Below, in pieces: positions 1-14,039 of a stretch of 64,000 nucleotides of DNA (the first letter of the stretch is position 1; each line of letters begins with the position of its first letter). The DNA is from Raja brachyura. Taxonomy: Eukaryota. Under the pieces are notes generated by a model. The model saw only the letters and a program-made list of their open reading frames with translations. It had not been told where the DNA came from and did no database searches. The stretch covers positions 10,292,001 to 10,356,000 of the forward strand of contig OY740814.1 of NCBI GenBank assembly GCA_963514005.1, in the 5' to 3' direction. The translations under genes were made by a program, and so were the position numbers.

Positions 1-345
1 ATTATCTTTGTTACATGCCAATTTTAACTTCAGCTGCAACTTGCTTGGGGCCTGTAGATAACTCCCATTAAGGTCTTTTTACCCTTACAATTTATCAGTT
101 CTATCCACAATGACTACATCTTCTGATTCTACGTCACCCCTCGCAAGGGACTGAATTTCATTCCTTACCAACAGAGCTACTTCACCCCCTCTGCCCATCT
201 ATGTCTTTTCGATAGGACGTATACCGCTGAATATTCAGTTGCCAGCTCTGATCCTCTTGCAGCCATGTCTCTGTATTTCCCATAACATCATACTTACCAA
301 TTTCTAACTGAGCCTCAAGCTCATCCACTTTATTTCTAGCCAAAT
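1..345 (-). mobile_element. CR1-like LINE fragment, ORF2 endonuclease region
   Basis: Minus-strand translation ELEAQLEIGKYDVMGNTETWLQEDQSWQLNIQRYTSYRKD resembles the CR1 APE domain (TETWL motif). Runs off the window start. Confidence 0.8.
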
Positions 346-734
346 ATCTAAAGAATGCTGAAAAATTCCCTGTAATCTCGTTCACCAGTATCTATTATCT
401 CAGTCTCATGAGTCCACTCCCCAAAAAGATTAGTGTATCCATTGTTGGAGTGAAATCAAAATCATTACACTTTGAAATGGAGGGAAAAAATAGATTAGGA
501 AATTTTGTCGGTCGCGACACTGAGCAATCAATTTACTAGTGCTTGAGATTCATGGAAAACTCCAAAAATTCACTGACATTAATATCTGGTATGAACTTGA
601 ATTGATTCATTACAGTTCGCAGTACAAGTGAAAGATTGCCATGGTTATCACACACAAGGTACTGTATATAACCCCTGTGGCAATGGGTTCCAGGCATTAT
701 ATGGATATAGAGACAATGGGTGCAAGAGGCCACA

Positions 735-1410
735 TGGATTTAGGGGAGTGAGAGACATAGTCCTTGAAGGATGAGGCCTGCTGATATAGAGGGCCTGTGA
801 GTTTAAAGGCAGTGCAAATCTCTGCACATCAACATTTAGGAAGGTTGGGTAACATCATTACAGTGGCGAGACATATTCTTGATTTGACGGGTAATGATGT
901 AGAACTGGAATCAATGTGGGTCAAGCCAAGAAGTATCGCAGGGTAGGAGTTATTTGTAAGGCCACAAAATCATTGAAAGATTTGTTGTGGCTTACATCAG
1001 GAAATTAGAGGAGAGTGTAATATGGTAATACTGTAATCATGGAGACTTCAACATACATATACAGAGTGAAATCAGATTTGCTGTTCGAGGAGTTTGGTGA
1101 ATTGATAGAATGTATAAGGGATGTTTTTTTCTATATCACTATGTTGAGGAACCATTTGGAGAAAAGGCCGTGTTGGAGCTCAATTGAACAATTAGAAACG
1201 GCTTACACAAGGAACTGCAGATGCTGCAATGACATAGAAATGGCTAATTGATGATCTTATTGCAAAGGGGCCTTTAGAAACATTGAAAAATAGATGCAGG
1301 AGCAGACCATTCGGCCCTTCGAGCCAGCACCGCCATTCAATATGATCATGGCTGATCATCCAAAATCAGTACTTTGTTCTCGTTTTTCCCCCATATCCCT
1401 TGATTCTGGT
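735..1410. mobile_element. Degenerate CR1-like endonuclease fragment (+) followed by a CR1-type 3' tail in reverse orientation (~1275-1410)
   Basis: Decayed coding remnants on +. The segment gaccattcggcccttcgagccagcacc matches the reverse complement of a typical CR1 3' end. Boundaries approximate. Confidence 0.5.
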
Positions 1411-3309
1411 AACAGAGATTCATTGGGATACAAATCAATAAATCTCTGAAAGTGGTAACTAGAACATGTTACCTGAGGAGATGGGAGAAGCAGATATTCT
1501 CACATTTATGTGGCTTCTTGAAAGCATTGAAATTGCAGTGGCATGGTAGGCAATGGACTTAATGCACTTAAGTAGGTTTAGTATAGATGCTTTCAACGTT
1601 TGCAATGGACATGGTGGGTTGAATGGCTTGTTTCTGTGCTGCACTCATATGTGTGTATGATCGTAAAGTTCAATTGTTATCAATAACCGTTACATTTGGA
1701 TTCCTGTAAAGCATGATCGGTTTCATTTCTGTCCTTCAATGAGCAAAATTTGCTCCTCTAGTTAGCTCACACTTACATTATCTGGTATTTCCAACAGTCA
1801 GCATTTTAAATGTTTCATCTCGTGTCTGGTCTGGAGATTATGTGCTGAAGTAATGAAAAATTGTCAAGTATTTTTCTTATTGGCATTTTACTTGAGGTTC
1901 CCTTCCATTGACCAAGCAAAAGGCTCCAATGGGTCATGTAAATAATTTATCATCCTAACTCTAACCTTAACCCAAAGACCAAATGATCTATATTGCTACT
2001 GTTAGCAGTGTTTCACTGATATGAATGTTGACAGTTGAGTTTACATGCAATATAGTTTTCTGGTTGTCGACAGGCAGGAATGTTGGACATGTTTGCAGGG
2101 CTGACTTGTGTACATTGAGATAATTGTATAGTTGACCTGGATAGCACTGGTTACCAGTACACTGTGGATGTAACTGAGTGGTGTTATTTCCCCTGTGATG
2201 AAGGTAATAAAGCCATAAATCCTGCAGACTACACACAGGAAAAAGCTGTGGTATGAAGGTCTCCTCTGCTGGTCCTCTTGGAAAAAAGCTGCTGATGCAT
2301 TCTAGCAGCTTTTGAACAGTATGGCATTGAACATTAAGTTACAGTCACTTTCCTCTAAATTAGTTGGTGGCAATTAAACTCTGCAGTGATTCAACAATAT
2401 TTAACTCCAACTTAATTTCTGCTATCCTACTGCAGAACACCATGATTGGGGTATTTTAATCTCTCAGCTAATATCCAATTTAAGCAGTTTTTTTTCTGGT
2501 TCCATAAGCTGCTTCCACAAGCTTCCATAATTAATACAAAAATATTTAGCTTATTCTCTTATATGCCTTGTTGTTTGGGTTTTCTAGTAGTTGGAGGAAT
2601 CTCTCTCAGTAATACTCCAGACACTGAAATGAGGATATCAATCTAACCTTCAAGTTAAAATAAGAACACTGCAGATGCTGGAAATCCCAAATGAAACCAT
2701 AAAATGATGGAAGTAGGCAAGTAGAAAGTTAACATTTCAGGTCTGCAGCCCTATATCAGAGCTGGAAAAGAAAGAAATTGAGTCAGTTTTAGGGGATGGG
2801 TGAAACAAGGGGATTAAGGTGGATAATCTAATGAGACAGGTAAGGGGCAGGTAAAAATCAAGTTAAGTTTACACCTGCGACCTGTTGCACTGAGGCCCAA
2901 TACAAGCTTGAGGAACATTTCATCAACTGTCTCAGCACATTGCAGCCTTCAGGTTCTCCAACATTAGGTAACCCATTCGATCTGACTGTATCAAAACTTG
3001 CCATTTTTTCCTGCCATCATTTTAGGTCAGTTTTTTTTAAAATTGAGTCTGCCTTACCAGACTTGCTCCCACAACATTCACAGTTGTAATACAATACATA
3101 GATCAAGGAGTGCAATCTTGGTCTTAACTGCTCCTTGACTGGCACATTAGTAAATACAGTCTCACTTCACCAGAGATAGTTTTAATTCGCCCATTCTATT
3201 CCCCTTTTGTCTGTGTTTGTTTATTTTCTACTTCCCAGTTTTGTTTTTATGAATATTTTATTTTCTTTTATTTTTATGAATATATTTTTGTTTGTCTTTT
3301 ATTATTTTA

Positions 3310-4164
3310 ATCTTAAAATGAACGTATTTGAAATACCAAAGAGTAAAAGAAGATTCAATGAAATAACCTTTCTTTGCAAGGTAAAACTAAGTCTCTATAT
3401 GATACGTGTCAAAAAATCCAACCATTTCGAAAAGGCTATCTTTTTTCAAAACTCTTTTTCAAAATGAAATTTCGAATGAAATTTTCTCCAGTTAGCGAAG
3501 GTCATTGATGTGCAGGAGGATTCAAGCGAATCATTTGAAGAATACGCAGCTGTTATAGGCTTATTAATTAACAAATACAATGAAAGGTTCACTGACTTTG
3601 AAAATCATGACATCACACTCAAATTAGCATTTCAACCTCACCTAGTTGATGTCTTCAAGGCTCCTAAAGAACTACAGCTGGAATTAATTGAGCTCTCAGA
3701 AGATGACATTTTAAAGTCCTTATTTGACGATAACAAAGATCCGATTGAAATATGGATAAATGCAATAGAATACCCACATCTTCAGCAACATGTACAAAAA
3801 ATGCTTTCTTGCTTTACAACCACTTATTGCTGCGAATCTACATTCTCCTACCTAACCCAAATCAAAACGCCCTTAAGGTCACAAATGATGGATACCCATC
3901 TAGAAGATCAGCTTAAAACTGCGTACCTCCATGTTGCAACCAAATATTCAAATGCTATCCCACAAAAAGCAGTCACAGCAAAGTCATTAAAAGGTTAGTT
4001 AACTTCAGAATTAACAATTTTTTTTCATTTTCTTGAAGTTAGTAGTTAGGTTTTTACAAAATGATGTACAATTTGAAGTATATCTAAATGATGTTTCTTG
4101 GATGCAGCCTTATTAGATTACAGCTAACAAGGCGGCATTCCAACATGAAAAGGTTCCCCACCCG
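3310..4164 (+). mobile_element. hAT (Charlie/SPIN; GTF2IRD2/EPM2AIP1-like) transposase C-terminal remnant with right end
   Basis: ORF 3510-3998 contains LQLELIEL, YPHL..KMLSCFTTTYCCESTFS, RSQMMDTHLE (hAT dimerisation domain), then frameshifts. Right-end-like AAAGGTTCCCCACCC at ~4149-4163 is followed by TCCTAGAC, similar to the Charlie target site. Confidence 0.85.
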
Positions 4165-5924
4165 TCCTAGACCCAACACATTGAAAATAGCCAAATTGCA
4201 TTTTTTAAGGCTCTCCATTACACCAATACAAAGAGGAGCTCAGACAAGCAAGGTGGCATCCATGATTCACAATCTGTGAAATAGACTGCCACCAATATGT
4301 TTTCCTTTTCACTCTGCAGCGTTAAGGTATGAAGATACTAACTTTCAGTCCCATTTTATGCACGCTTGTGACACCCAGCTTTCCTGAATTACATGCTAGG
4401 AATATCAGAATCATTTAATTTTGTTCCCCAGTAACTCTGGTCCATTCCCAGCCATTTAATTACCCTCTTGCTAACTATGAGGTTGAATCAGACAGCAGCT
4501 CAGTGTTACATTTGACCTCACTGTCAAAATGTATTGCCATCTCACAGTGAATTATGTTATTTCCCTGTCCCCCACGGCCACAGGATTTCTTGGATTTTGG
4601 TTTGTTTACAATAAAAAAACAATCTGTTCTCTGATTTCACATAGCAAGGCACTTCTTCTCAAGTTCACTGACAAGAACTTGCATCTCACATTTATTTTAT
4701 TTCTTTGGAATGTTAGCTATTAGGTTGAGGTACATTTACTGACCTTTATCTCTTAGAAATGTATTCTTTACAATTCTTTGGGGATGTCTGTTATGTAGCA
4801 CAAACTATGAATTCGGACATGGCGGATGGCAGTGCAGAGACGGATAAGATGAGGCGATAACATTGTTTTAAAAATTGGCTACAACAGCTTATATCTTCAG
4901 AAGTTTGGCAAATGAATGATACATTTAATTTTTATTCACAGCAAGACTCAAATAAACTTAAAAATCTGAAATGTGCAGGAAAGCTTCAATATCCTCAGCA
5001 AACAGAAAAACATCAGAACCATGTTAAACTTGTTGACTGGAACAGAGAGGAAACTCTCATCCCTGCCTCCAACTGAACTTTCTGAACTTGTAAATGTGAA
5101 AACGCAGCAAAATCAATCCCACTCTCACAAGGTGCCAATAAAAGAACAACACAGGGTGCATGGAAATAATTTCTCTAGGAGTGTAGAAAGCTCTTTAGTA
5201 ATTTTGGAGATACTTGAAATTCCTTTCTGGTTAGCGATTGTTCATTATTGATGGGAACTTGCCAAAAGTAGATGCTTCTTTACAAACTATTTGATCTATA
5301 ATCTGGGGACAATAATGGACATGAACGTGTTGGTTTGCAATAAAAGTGTTTATACTTTCGAAATAGACTTGAAAGGTCAAAGCCCTTTAGTTCTGATAGA
5401 ATTAGTTAAACTGTTTAAAATAAAATGAATTACAGATGGGAAATGAGGTCACAAAGCAGAGGCAAGCAACAGATATAGCTAAGAAACAAAGGAACACAAA
5501 TTACTGTTATTTTTCTGCTCATATCAGATTCTGTTTTGCCTCAAGTCAGGGACCCATAGAATGAGCAGTGATGTAGCACCTTTTGAAAACCAACACATAA
5601 TATTGTAAGAATTTTGCAGGTAATGCAGCTCTGATGAACCCTTGTTTGATGAGCAACGAACCACGCCCATGTTGTTCCAGTTTTTAAGAGAATTTGGGAA
5701 TTGTGAAGAAAATAAGTTATGTCATGGCTAGATTTGTATTCCTAGTTGGATCTGTTATTGTTACCAACTATTTCAATCATTTCACCTAAAAGCAGATGTT
5801 CCATATCGATTTATTAACCCCAGCGTTTTTTATTATTCTGCTATCCTGCAGACATGTGAGGGGTTGGAACATATAAAGTGACAGTTTGACCAGAGCTCTT
5901 TAATATCTTCAAAAAAAGATTCAT

Positions 5925-6210
5925 CAGAGTTGTATTACCTGCATTCACCTATCACTTGTCAAGCTTTGCCCCGTCTCCACCTCTCTTACAGATTTCTCTG
6001 CCTTAGTAATATCAGTGTGAAGAAGAGTCCCGACCCAAATCACAGCCCATTCACATTCTCCAAACATGCTGGCATCAGTCTAAAGGATCTAAACCAGAAA
6101 CGTCACCTATTCCTTCTCTCCAGACATGCTTCCTGTCCCGCTGAGTTACTCCAGCATTTTGTGTCTATCTTCGGTTTTAACCAGCATCTGCAGTTCTTTC
6201 CTACACATGC
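5925..6210 (+). mobile_element. Penelope-like element 3' (pLTR) remnants, two degenerate copies
   Basis: gaaacgtcacc...gctgagttactccagca...gcatctgcagttc motif shared with the GIY-YIG-bearing copy at 12.2-12.8 kb. Confidence 0.7.
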
Positions 6211-9200
6211 TGGCTGATCAGTTACTTCAGCAATTTGTGTCTTTTTATGTCTCTTTCTGCAGTTCATTATGTCCATAACATTCATCTGGGTATTTGTGTG
6301 AACACGTTTCCATGTATACATTTGAACTGGTAACTGCAGGATGAAACCAAAAATTCCTCAACAGTAAACGTGCAGTGATCAAACTCAAACTTTACCTGAA
6401 GTGCTCTGAAGTTACAGAACTCTCATTTCTCTGACACTGTGTCGTGAAGGAGTCAGGGAAGGGGTACAAAGTTCATTTACTTACTCTTAAATAATGAATT
6501 TCATACTGAGCTAGTCACTCCAAAAACTGCTGCGGAGAGCAAAAGCATGTCCTCAATGCAGGGAAGTTTAATTAAGTGAAGTTAAAGTTCATTTTGTACA
6601 CTTCCATTCATTTGGTGATGGTAGGCAGACAAATTATGACTAAAGTTCATCTTACAATGCATGTTAGCGGAATTCCCTTAAATTTAACTCATCGACATTT
6701 TCTCCTTCTTCCAAAATACAGAATCTTTTTCAGCATCTCCAGAAGAGACACAAAGTGCTACGGTCAAGGACTCATCAGGAAAACCTGAAGTGATGGATCA
6801 ATTTGAATTCTATCCAGCGGTCAAAACCTTTGTATGGCATTACTAAAACTCTGAAGATACATTGGTATCTCAAAATTGCATTATACCAGGCATATAAATA
6901 TATTGATAATGCACTATTGGTGGCTAAGATCAGTAAACACAGCAATTATAGTAAAACTCCATCAGGCCTGAATACTCAGGACTTTGGCAATGCCAGGCAG
7001 ACTGATGTTTCTGACTACTGGATATTATTCCAATTAATATATCCACACACGTCTTTTTTTTGTGGGAAGATGATATTTTCAGGGAATACACTAACTTTAA
7101 AAGGAGTACACCAAGGCCCTGCTTAGTTAAAGGAAGCATGGAAACTGGGACTGATGCTTCGGTGATCATTGGGAACTGCAGCAGTGTGCAAGATAGAGCG
7201 CAGAAACCAGCCCTCTTGTGTGCTACACCATGTGTGGGAACCAGGGCTCTAGTGTGTGAAAGGGATCACAGGAATCAGCAACTGCTGGACCAGATGCCGA
7301 ACCAACAAGATTTCAAAACAATCAGATAGTGGATTATCAGTCTTCCTGAAAAATGTGTTCCCCACTTCAGTTCATTGGAAATGAAGCAGCTTCCTGTAAG
7401 TTCTTGAAGAAATAAATTGTATTTAACCATCAGCTTTTCCAGTTGTAGGACATCAAAAGGGAAAATGAAGTTATCTTTGTACTGCAGCAAAAATGGCAGG
7501 CAGTGACAATGAAATAAACCATCAGGTGTTTCAGGTATTGGCCAAGTGATGTTTTAGATCGATATCACTTTGTCAGAACTAATGAGAGTGTCAGATCTGA
7601 AACATTAACTCCCCCCCAGATACTGCCTGACCAAGTGATTTTTCCACTTGTTGGTATATCTAGGATCAGGGTAATCATTTCAAAATTGGCAGTTGGGCCT
7701 TCAAGACTAAGTTACGAAGAAATTCCTTCAATCAGCTGGTAGTTTATATTCAGAGTTCTTTACTTAGTAGGTTGAAGAAGCAATTGCTGAATATCAAATC
7801 ATTATTGATAGTTCCTTGGATAATGAAGGAATCAAGGGAAATGTGGATATTGCAGGAAAAGTAATTGAAGTAAAAGTTCTAGCATGATCTCATTCAATGG
7901 CAGAGCAGCACAAATGATCAAATCGCCGATTCTTTTGATAAAATTCAGCAGCTCGGAATATTTTATATTTCAATATCATTACCTAAATACCGTATAAAAT
8001 AATTCTTGTCAGAACATGCTAAATTTGTTTTTCTACATAATTCTCCAATGGATTAAATAAGCAGGGCGTCTCCCAATGTGGGTAACATTTTCCAGTAAGT
8101 TGGCTAAAATTTTCTATGTGCTCATATTGGCCTGGCAATTATGTTTTTTATATAATAAATCATAAAATTTATATAAGAATGGTTTCTGCAAATAGTATTT
8201 GCAGGAGTTTGTGTGCAAATTTTGTGTGTTTCCCCATCAACTCTCTGTGAACTTGCATCCATAGATGTAGAATGCAAATTCTTTAAAAGAGTAATATTTA
8301 TCAACAATTATTTTTGAACTAAATCACAAATTCAGTTCTATGAAATGATGCTCACTTTGGAAGAGTGCAGCTGAAATAAATGAGAGAAGTGTGAGATGGT
8401 GGAATCTCTTGACATGCTGGCAAATCTTCCTGAAATAAGATCTCAATTCCCTTCTGGCATCATGCATGCTTATTTAATCAGATAATGTAGAGTCCATTTT
8501 ACAAAATCCAATGCCTCAGATTGGTAAGCACTTGTTCTGAGTTGAGGCATGAGCTGAGCCAAAGCACTTCATGAGAAGAGACTTACAGAAAAGGATGTGG
8601 ATGCTCTAATACAATGTTACACACAAATTTTAAACTTTTCATGGAACAATTTAAGTGTAAAATGTATATTATCCGCTCTCTGGAATATCCCAGTATTTCC
8701 CAATTTTGCTCATCATGTCACATTTGCTGTACTCCTGGTCTCTTAAAACTCACTTCCAATAAATTTTAGTCCATTTTGTTTCAGAAAATGCAACTTGGCA
8801 ATAGTGCCATAGGCAACGCATGTTTACTGCAACAAAGGGTTAGGGGGAGGGTTTAATTCCAAACAACAGAGAGGAAATGAAAGGACAGATTAAGGAAGAG
8901 AGAGAAAACAGAGACTATTACAAAAAGATTTAAAAAACGAGTAACAGCAAGTGCTGAGACAGTTTACTACCCATCAAAAGGAATGCTTCACTGATTCTAT
9001 TGTTGCTTTGTACCAGAAAAACATTGCAATCACATAAATGTTCAAAGTACAATAGTCCTTATATTATTAAATGCTAATCCTATTCATTGGTAATAGCTTT
9101 AATGTGCTATTATGCCTCAGATGCAGCAATTTTTGAACTCACATGGAAAACAAATTCCAGTTTTAAACAAAATTAATTATTCCAATAATTTGTGGTGAAT

Positions 9201-10794
9201 TCTCATTCTCAGCACATTGATTCTTCACAGCCATCTTCAGGGGGAATGGTGGGTGGTTGTTAGACAGGGGGTGGTGAAATTACCACCCGTAACCATTCAT
9301 GCACTTAACTTATTATTCTAGCAAATTCTGGAGCAATATCTCTGCTTAGATTTAATAAGGATCAGGAGCTTAGAGATAAGATTGAAGAACACAATTATTA
9401 TTTTGTACATTGGAAAGACAAAATCTTGGATTACATAGTTTTTTGTATGTTGGGAAACACTAACTAATGTTAAGACATGATAGTAATAACATTTATAAAA
9501 GTAAATTAAAAATGTCCACCATATCAAATTTGTAATTTTCACTCAATGATGGACTGGTTGCGACTACATTATCTTAAAATCACTGCCAATTGTAAGGGAA
9601 CAATTGTAATGGAAATAAATTGATGCAATCTGACTTTTCAGCTGTTTCATATCCTTTTCCTGTTTCTGATTCCGGATACTTCTATAACATTTCATTTTTT
9701 AGCATATAATTACTATTCAAGAGGGCTTTCCTCTAATTTTCCAATTCCATGGATGTTAGCTTGATATTAACCCATTTGTCATTGGCACATAGTTCTCTAA
9801 ATAAACCACTTTGTAGGTTTTGAGATGCACTATTATGTTCATTTGGTTTAAAAGATTAAGATATTAAAATAAAGGTAATGTTTGTGCATAATGAAACAAA
9901 AATATCAATGAATAGTTAAAGTAATATGATCCATGCTACTCGCATTGGACAAATACATTTTTCCATGTGCCTTTCAACACACATGAAGACAAATCTTACA
10001 AAATATAAGAGGAAAGATAAATATTGTCAAGCAAACCTTTGATAAAATAATAATAGTACCCAAAAGCAATGAGTTTTAATTACTTGGACCAGTTAATTAG
10101 TTGAAAATATGTTGATTTTTTTTCCTGGAATGCTATAAATTATGTTCAATGAATGTCAACCTAATCTACCACCAATCCACTCTATTTGATCCTTCCTGAT
10201 TATCTTCAGAGATGACCATCCCCCAATTATCACAGCAAATTGAATCCTTCTTTCCTTTTCCCCCAATCTTCCTACAATTCTCTCCTTTCTCTTCCCAATC
10301 CATGACCTCTCTCAAGCCCCCTTCTTTCCACAACTACAACCCCTCTGCCATCCTTTCCAATTCTCTTCCCAGAATATGTTTCTCTACATTCCAGTCCAGT
10401 TTACAAAACACTTCTTGTGCAAATTTAACTCTCCACAATAGAAAAGCCTTTTAAAAAATGTCTATATTTTCCACCTGATGGGAAAGAGAAAAGGGAATGA
10501 TCAGGGTGTAAATGGTCCTTGATTATGTTGCCTGCTTTCCCGAGGCAATGTTAATTGTAGATGGAGGAGAGGCTGATTTGTGTGATCGACAAGAGACTTT
10601 GGAGACATGCCAAATTTCCTAAGTCATCTGAGGAAGTAAAAGTGTTGGTGTGCTTCCTTAGCCTTGGCTTCAATGTGGTTGGAATAGAACAGATTAGTGA
10701 TGGTATTTACACCAAGGAACTTGAAGCACTCGACCCTCTCCACTTCAGCATAATTGATTCTGACTGGGGCATGTACACATTTCCCAATAACTAG

Positions 10795-11520
10795 TCAATG
10801 GTCAAGACCCAGGACAGCATTGATACACAGATGGATCTTGGGGTCCAAAACAACAGATCCCTGAAAGTGGCAACACAAGTAGATTGAGTGGTAAAGAATG
10901 TGTATGGTATGCTTGTTTTCATCAGTCAGGGGATTGAACATAAGAGTCAGGAAGTCATGTTGCAGCTTTATTAAACATTGGTTCAGCCACATTTGGAGTA
11001 TTGTGTGCAGTTCTGTTTGCCGGAATGTAGAAAGGATATGGAGGCTTTTGAGAGGGAAATGTTTACCAACCATGCTGCCTGGATTAGAGGGAATTGCCTA
11101 TAAAGAACGGTTAGACAAACTTGGATTGTTTTTTCTGGAGAATCAGAGGCCAAGTGGAGACCTGACAGAAGTTTCTAAAAGTATGAGCGACATGGATAAA
11201 GTAGCAGAACCTTTTTCCCCAGAGTGAAATGGTCAAATATTACAGGGCATAACTTCCGAAGGCAAATTTTTTAAATGAGATGCATTGGGGCAAGTTTTTT
11301 TTTACCCAGAGTATGGGTATGCCTGTAACGTTCTGCCTGGGATTGTTGTGGAAACAAATACGATAGTGGCATTTAAGGGGCTTTTAGATAGGCACAAGGG
11401 TATGCAGGAAATCAAAGGATTTAGAGCATTGGCCGGCAGAGGTTTAATTTGACATCATGTTCGGCATAAACATTGTGGGCTGAAGGGCCTGTTCCTGTGC
11501 TCTGCTGTACTCTATTGTAT
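10795..11520 (+). mobile_element. CR1-like LINE 3' fragment (RT C-terminus plus tail)
   Basis: Frameshifted PHLEYCVQF / MLPGLEGIAYKERLDKLGLF..GDL motifs. Tail gggctgaagggcctgttcctgtgct at ~11477-11501. Confidence 0.85.
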
Positions 11521-12211
11521 GTTCATCTCTTTATGTGCCCCCATAAACCTAGATTCTTCCACCAGTGGGAATAACTTTCCTTTATATTTTGATAAGATTT
11601 TCTGTCATTTTTCAAAACATTTGTGAATACAGATACAATCAAATCAATGCTTCTTCATGTGACAATCTGCCTTCCCAAGAGTCAGTCCTGTGAATGTTCA
11701 AGCCACTCCCTTTAAGGCAAGTACATTCTTTCCCAGGTAAGGAGACCAAATCTGTACATAATGAGTGCTCCAATTGCCTTCTCACCAAGGCCCAATTCAA
11801 TTGCAGTAAAACATCTTTACTTCTATAATTAAACTTGCTCTCATAATTAACATCTTAAACTGACCTCTTAATAACTTGCACCACTTGTATTTTGACCTTC
11901 AGCAACCTGTGTACTAGCGCACATTTCAACAGTCTCTAATCTCTCACCATTTAACAAATACTCAATTTTTACACGATATTCACAAAATTTCTCACAGAAT
12001 TCTCATCTGACAAATCACCCAAAGATGTACAAAACTCTCCAGAAATACATTCAAATCCTATTTTAGCATGTCTGATACTTAGATTCAGCAAATAATCTGA
12101 AAAGTTTTAAAATGCAGAACAGCTAGTCTTGGACATGATGGGTGTGAAACATTACCAGATTGTTGTAAAACCACATTTAGTTCTGTATTTACTTTTCAAG
12201 GTATGGACTCC

Positions 12212-12796
12212 TTGTCGGTGAGACCAAGCGCAGACTCGGAGGTCGTTTGCTGAACACCTTCGCTCTGTCCACCTGGGCCTACGCCATCTCCCGGTTGCTA
12301 AACCCTCCTCCCATTCTCATACTGACCTTTCTGTCCTGGGCCTCCTACACTGTCAAGAGTGCAGCCAAGTGCAAAATGAAGGAATATCACCTCATATTTC
12401 GCTTGGGCAACTTACAACCCAACAGAATGAATAATGATTTATCTAACTTCAAATAACCCTTGCTTTCCCTCACTCTCTGTCCCTCCCCCACCCTAGTTCT
12501 CTGATTAGTTTCATTGTCCTGCTGATTAATTTTACTGTTTGTATGTCACATTGTCACCTTCCCCTCAACCAACATTGAACATCTCCTTGATCATCGTCTA
12601 CTTTGATCTGTCCTTTTCACACCTTACATGCTCTTTGTACCCTTCCATATCTCTAGTTTCCCTCTGCCATGTCTCAGTCTGAACCAGGGTCTTGACTGGA
12701 AACGTCACCCATTGTTTCTCTCCAGAGATGCTGCCTGTCCCGCTGAGTTACTTATATCTTCGGTGTAAACCAGCATTTGCAGGTCCTTCCTACACA
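12212..12796 (+). mobile_element. Penelope-like retroelement 3' fragment with GIY-YIG endonuclease remnant
   Basis: VGETKRRLGGR(fs)AEHLRSV and EYHLIFRLGNLQPNRMNNDLSNFK match the C-terminus of PLE GIY-YIG domains. A pLTR-like tail follows. Confidence 0.85.
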
Positions 12797-12812
12797 TTTA
12801 GATCATCAATAT

Positions 12813-12997
12813 GGGGGTTACACAAAAAGCTGGAGAAACTCAGCGGGTGCAGCAGCATCTAAGGAGCGAAGGAGATAGGCGACGTTTCGGGTCGAGACCC
12901 TTCTTCAGACTCTTAGATGCTGCTGCACCCGCTGAGTTTCTCCAGCTTTTTGTGTAACCCTCGATTCTCCAGCATCTGCAGTTCCTTCTTTAACACA
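12813..12997. mobile_element. Young Penelope-derived short insertion with inverted 5' segment and hammerhead-like motif
   Basis: 14-bp direct repeat TAGATCATCAATAT at 12799-12812 and 12998-13011. Perfect 49-bp inverted repeat 12815-12863 / 12912-12960. CTGAAGA..GAAACGTC on the minus strand at 12881-12910. Confidence 0.85.
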
Positions 12998-13189
12998 TAG
13001 ATCATCAATATCTTTGGAGAAGGAAATAGCAACATACACTCATAAACACCATTCTTATTTGTCCACAGACGAGCAGGAATGTGGTTGATTCACCATGCCT
13101 TTAAGCCAAGTTTAAATTCTATATTTTTAAGAACTTGGAAACTTGAACGATGCAAGATGGTGTTGGAAATATGGTGGCTGATATACATT

Positions 13190-13872
13190 GCCTTAGTGTA
13201 ATCTATTTTTCTTACATATTTGTATTTAAGAATGATTGTGCTTATGTATTCAATGATACTTTATAGTCACATGTACCGAGATACGGTGAAATGCTTTGTG
13301 TTTCATACAACCTGGTAAAATCATACAGCAGACCTCAACCAAGCCACACACAAGAGTCGCCACGTTTCTGCCACCAACAAAGTTACATAAAGTTTATCGC
13401 ACAGTTATCTTCTGCTCGCAATGACGAACCATGCCCCCCACCACATGTGGCAACAGGCAGCCAACCCATCGATCTCGGCCGGGTCCCACGATCGTTCATG
13501 GCAGCCCCCTTATGTTCTTGGCGACGCTGGACCCCCTGTACTTTCGACGTTCCACCTCCCTCTCGACAGTCCCCCACGCTGTCGGTGGTCGTGGCCTGCG
13601 ATGGGTGAGCTAGGCATATTGGGCTGGTCCTCCATCCATGGTGAGCGAGTTCTCAGTCCGTGGTGGGTGAGCCTGGCCCACCGACAGGACCTCCAACCTC
13701 AGTCCGCAGCAGGCAAGCGAGTCTTCCGGGCAATCCTTGGTCCACTGTCCACGGCGAGGTATTTTCCGGTCCGCGGCGGGCGAGCCTGTCCTGCTGGGGG
13801 GCTTGGTAAGATATTTACTGGTGTATGCATAAAAGGATTTTTACTGTACCAAGGTGCATGAGACAATCAAAT
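13190..13872. mobile_element. Unclassified interspersed repeat(s) with retroposon-like tails in opposite orientations around a GC-rich core
   Basis: ttatagtcacatgtaccgagatacggtgaaatgc (~13261) is the reverse complement of a tail like ttttactgtaccaaggtgcatgagacaat (~13840). The GC-rich interior has no credible ORF. Confidence 0.45.
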
Positions 13873-14039
13873 ATCATTTAACTATCTACCCTATGAAAAG
13901 GCCCAGCAAACCATTTGGTTGTGTCATTGAATCCAAAAGAATAAAACTGCGGGATCACCAGGAATTGACCTAAATACTAGCCAGTTGTCACCAGCTCAAT
14001 CAATATTCCCATCCTCTCCTACACAGTGACCAAGTCAGC

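Noticed and set aside
4940-7330. Exon-like segments (acceptors near 4941, 6733 and 7082; ORFs 4973-5251 and 7060-7329), considered as the 3' end of an upstream gene such as ARNT2
   Set aside because: No recognisable protein similarity and no consistent phase chain. It cannot be supported without transcript data.
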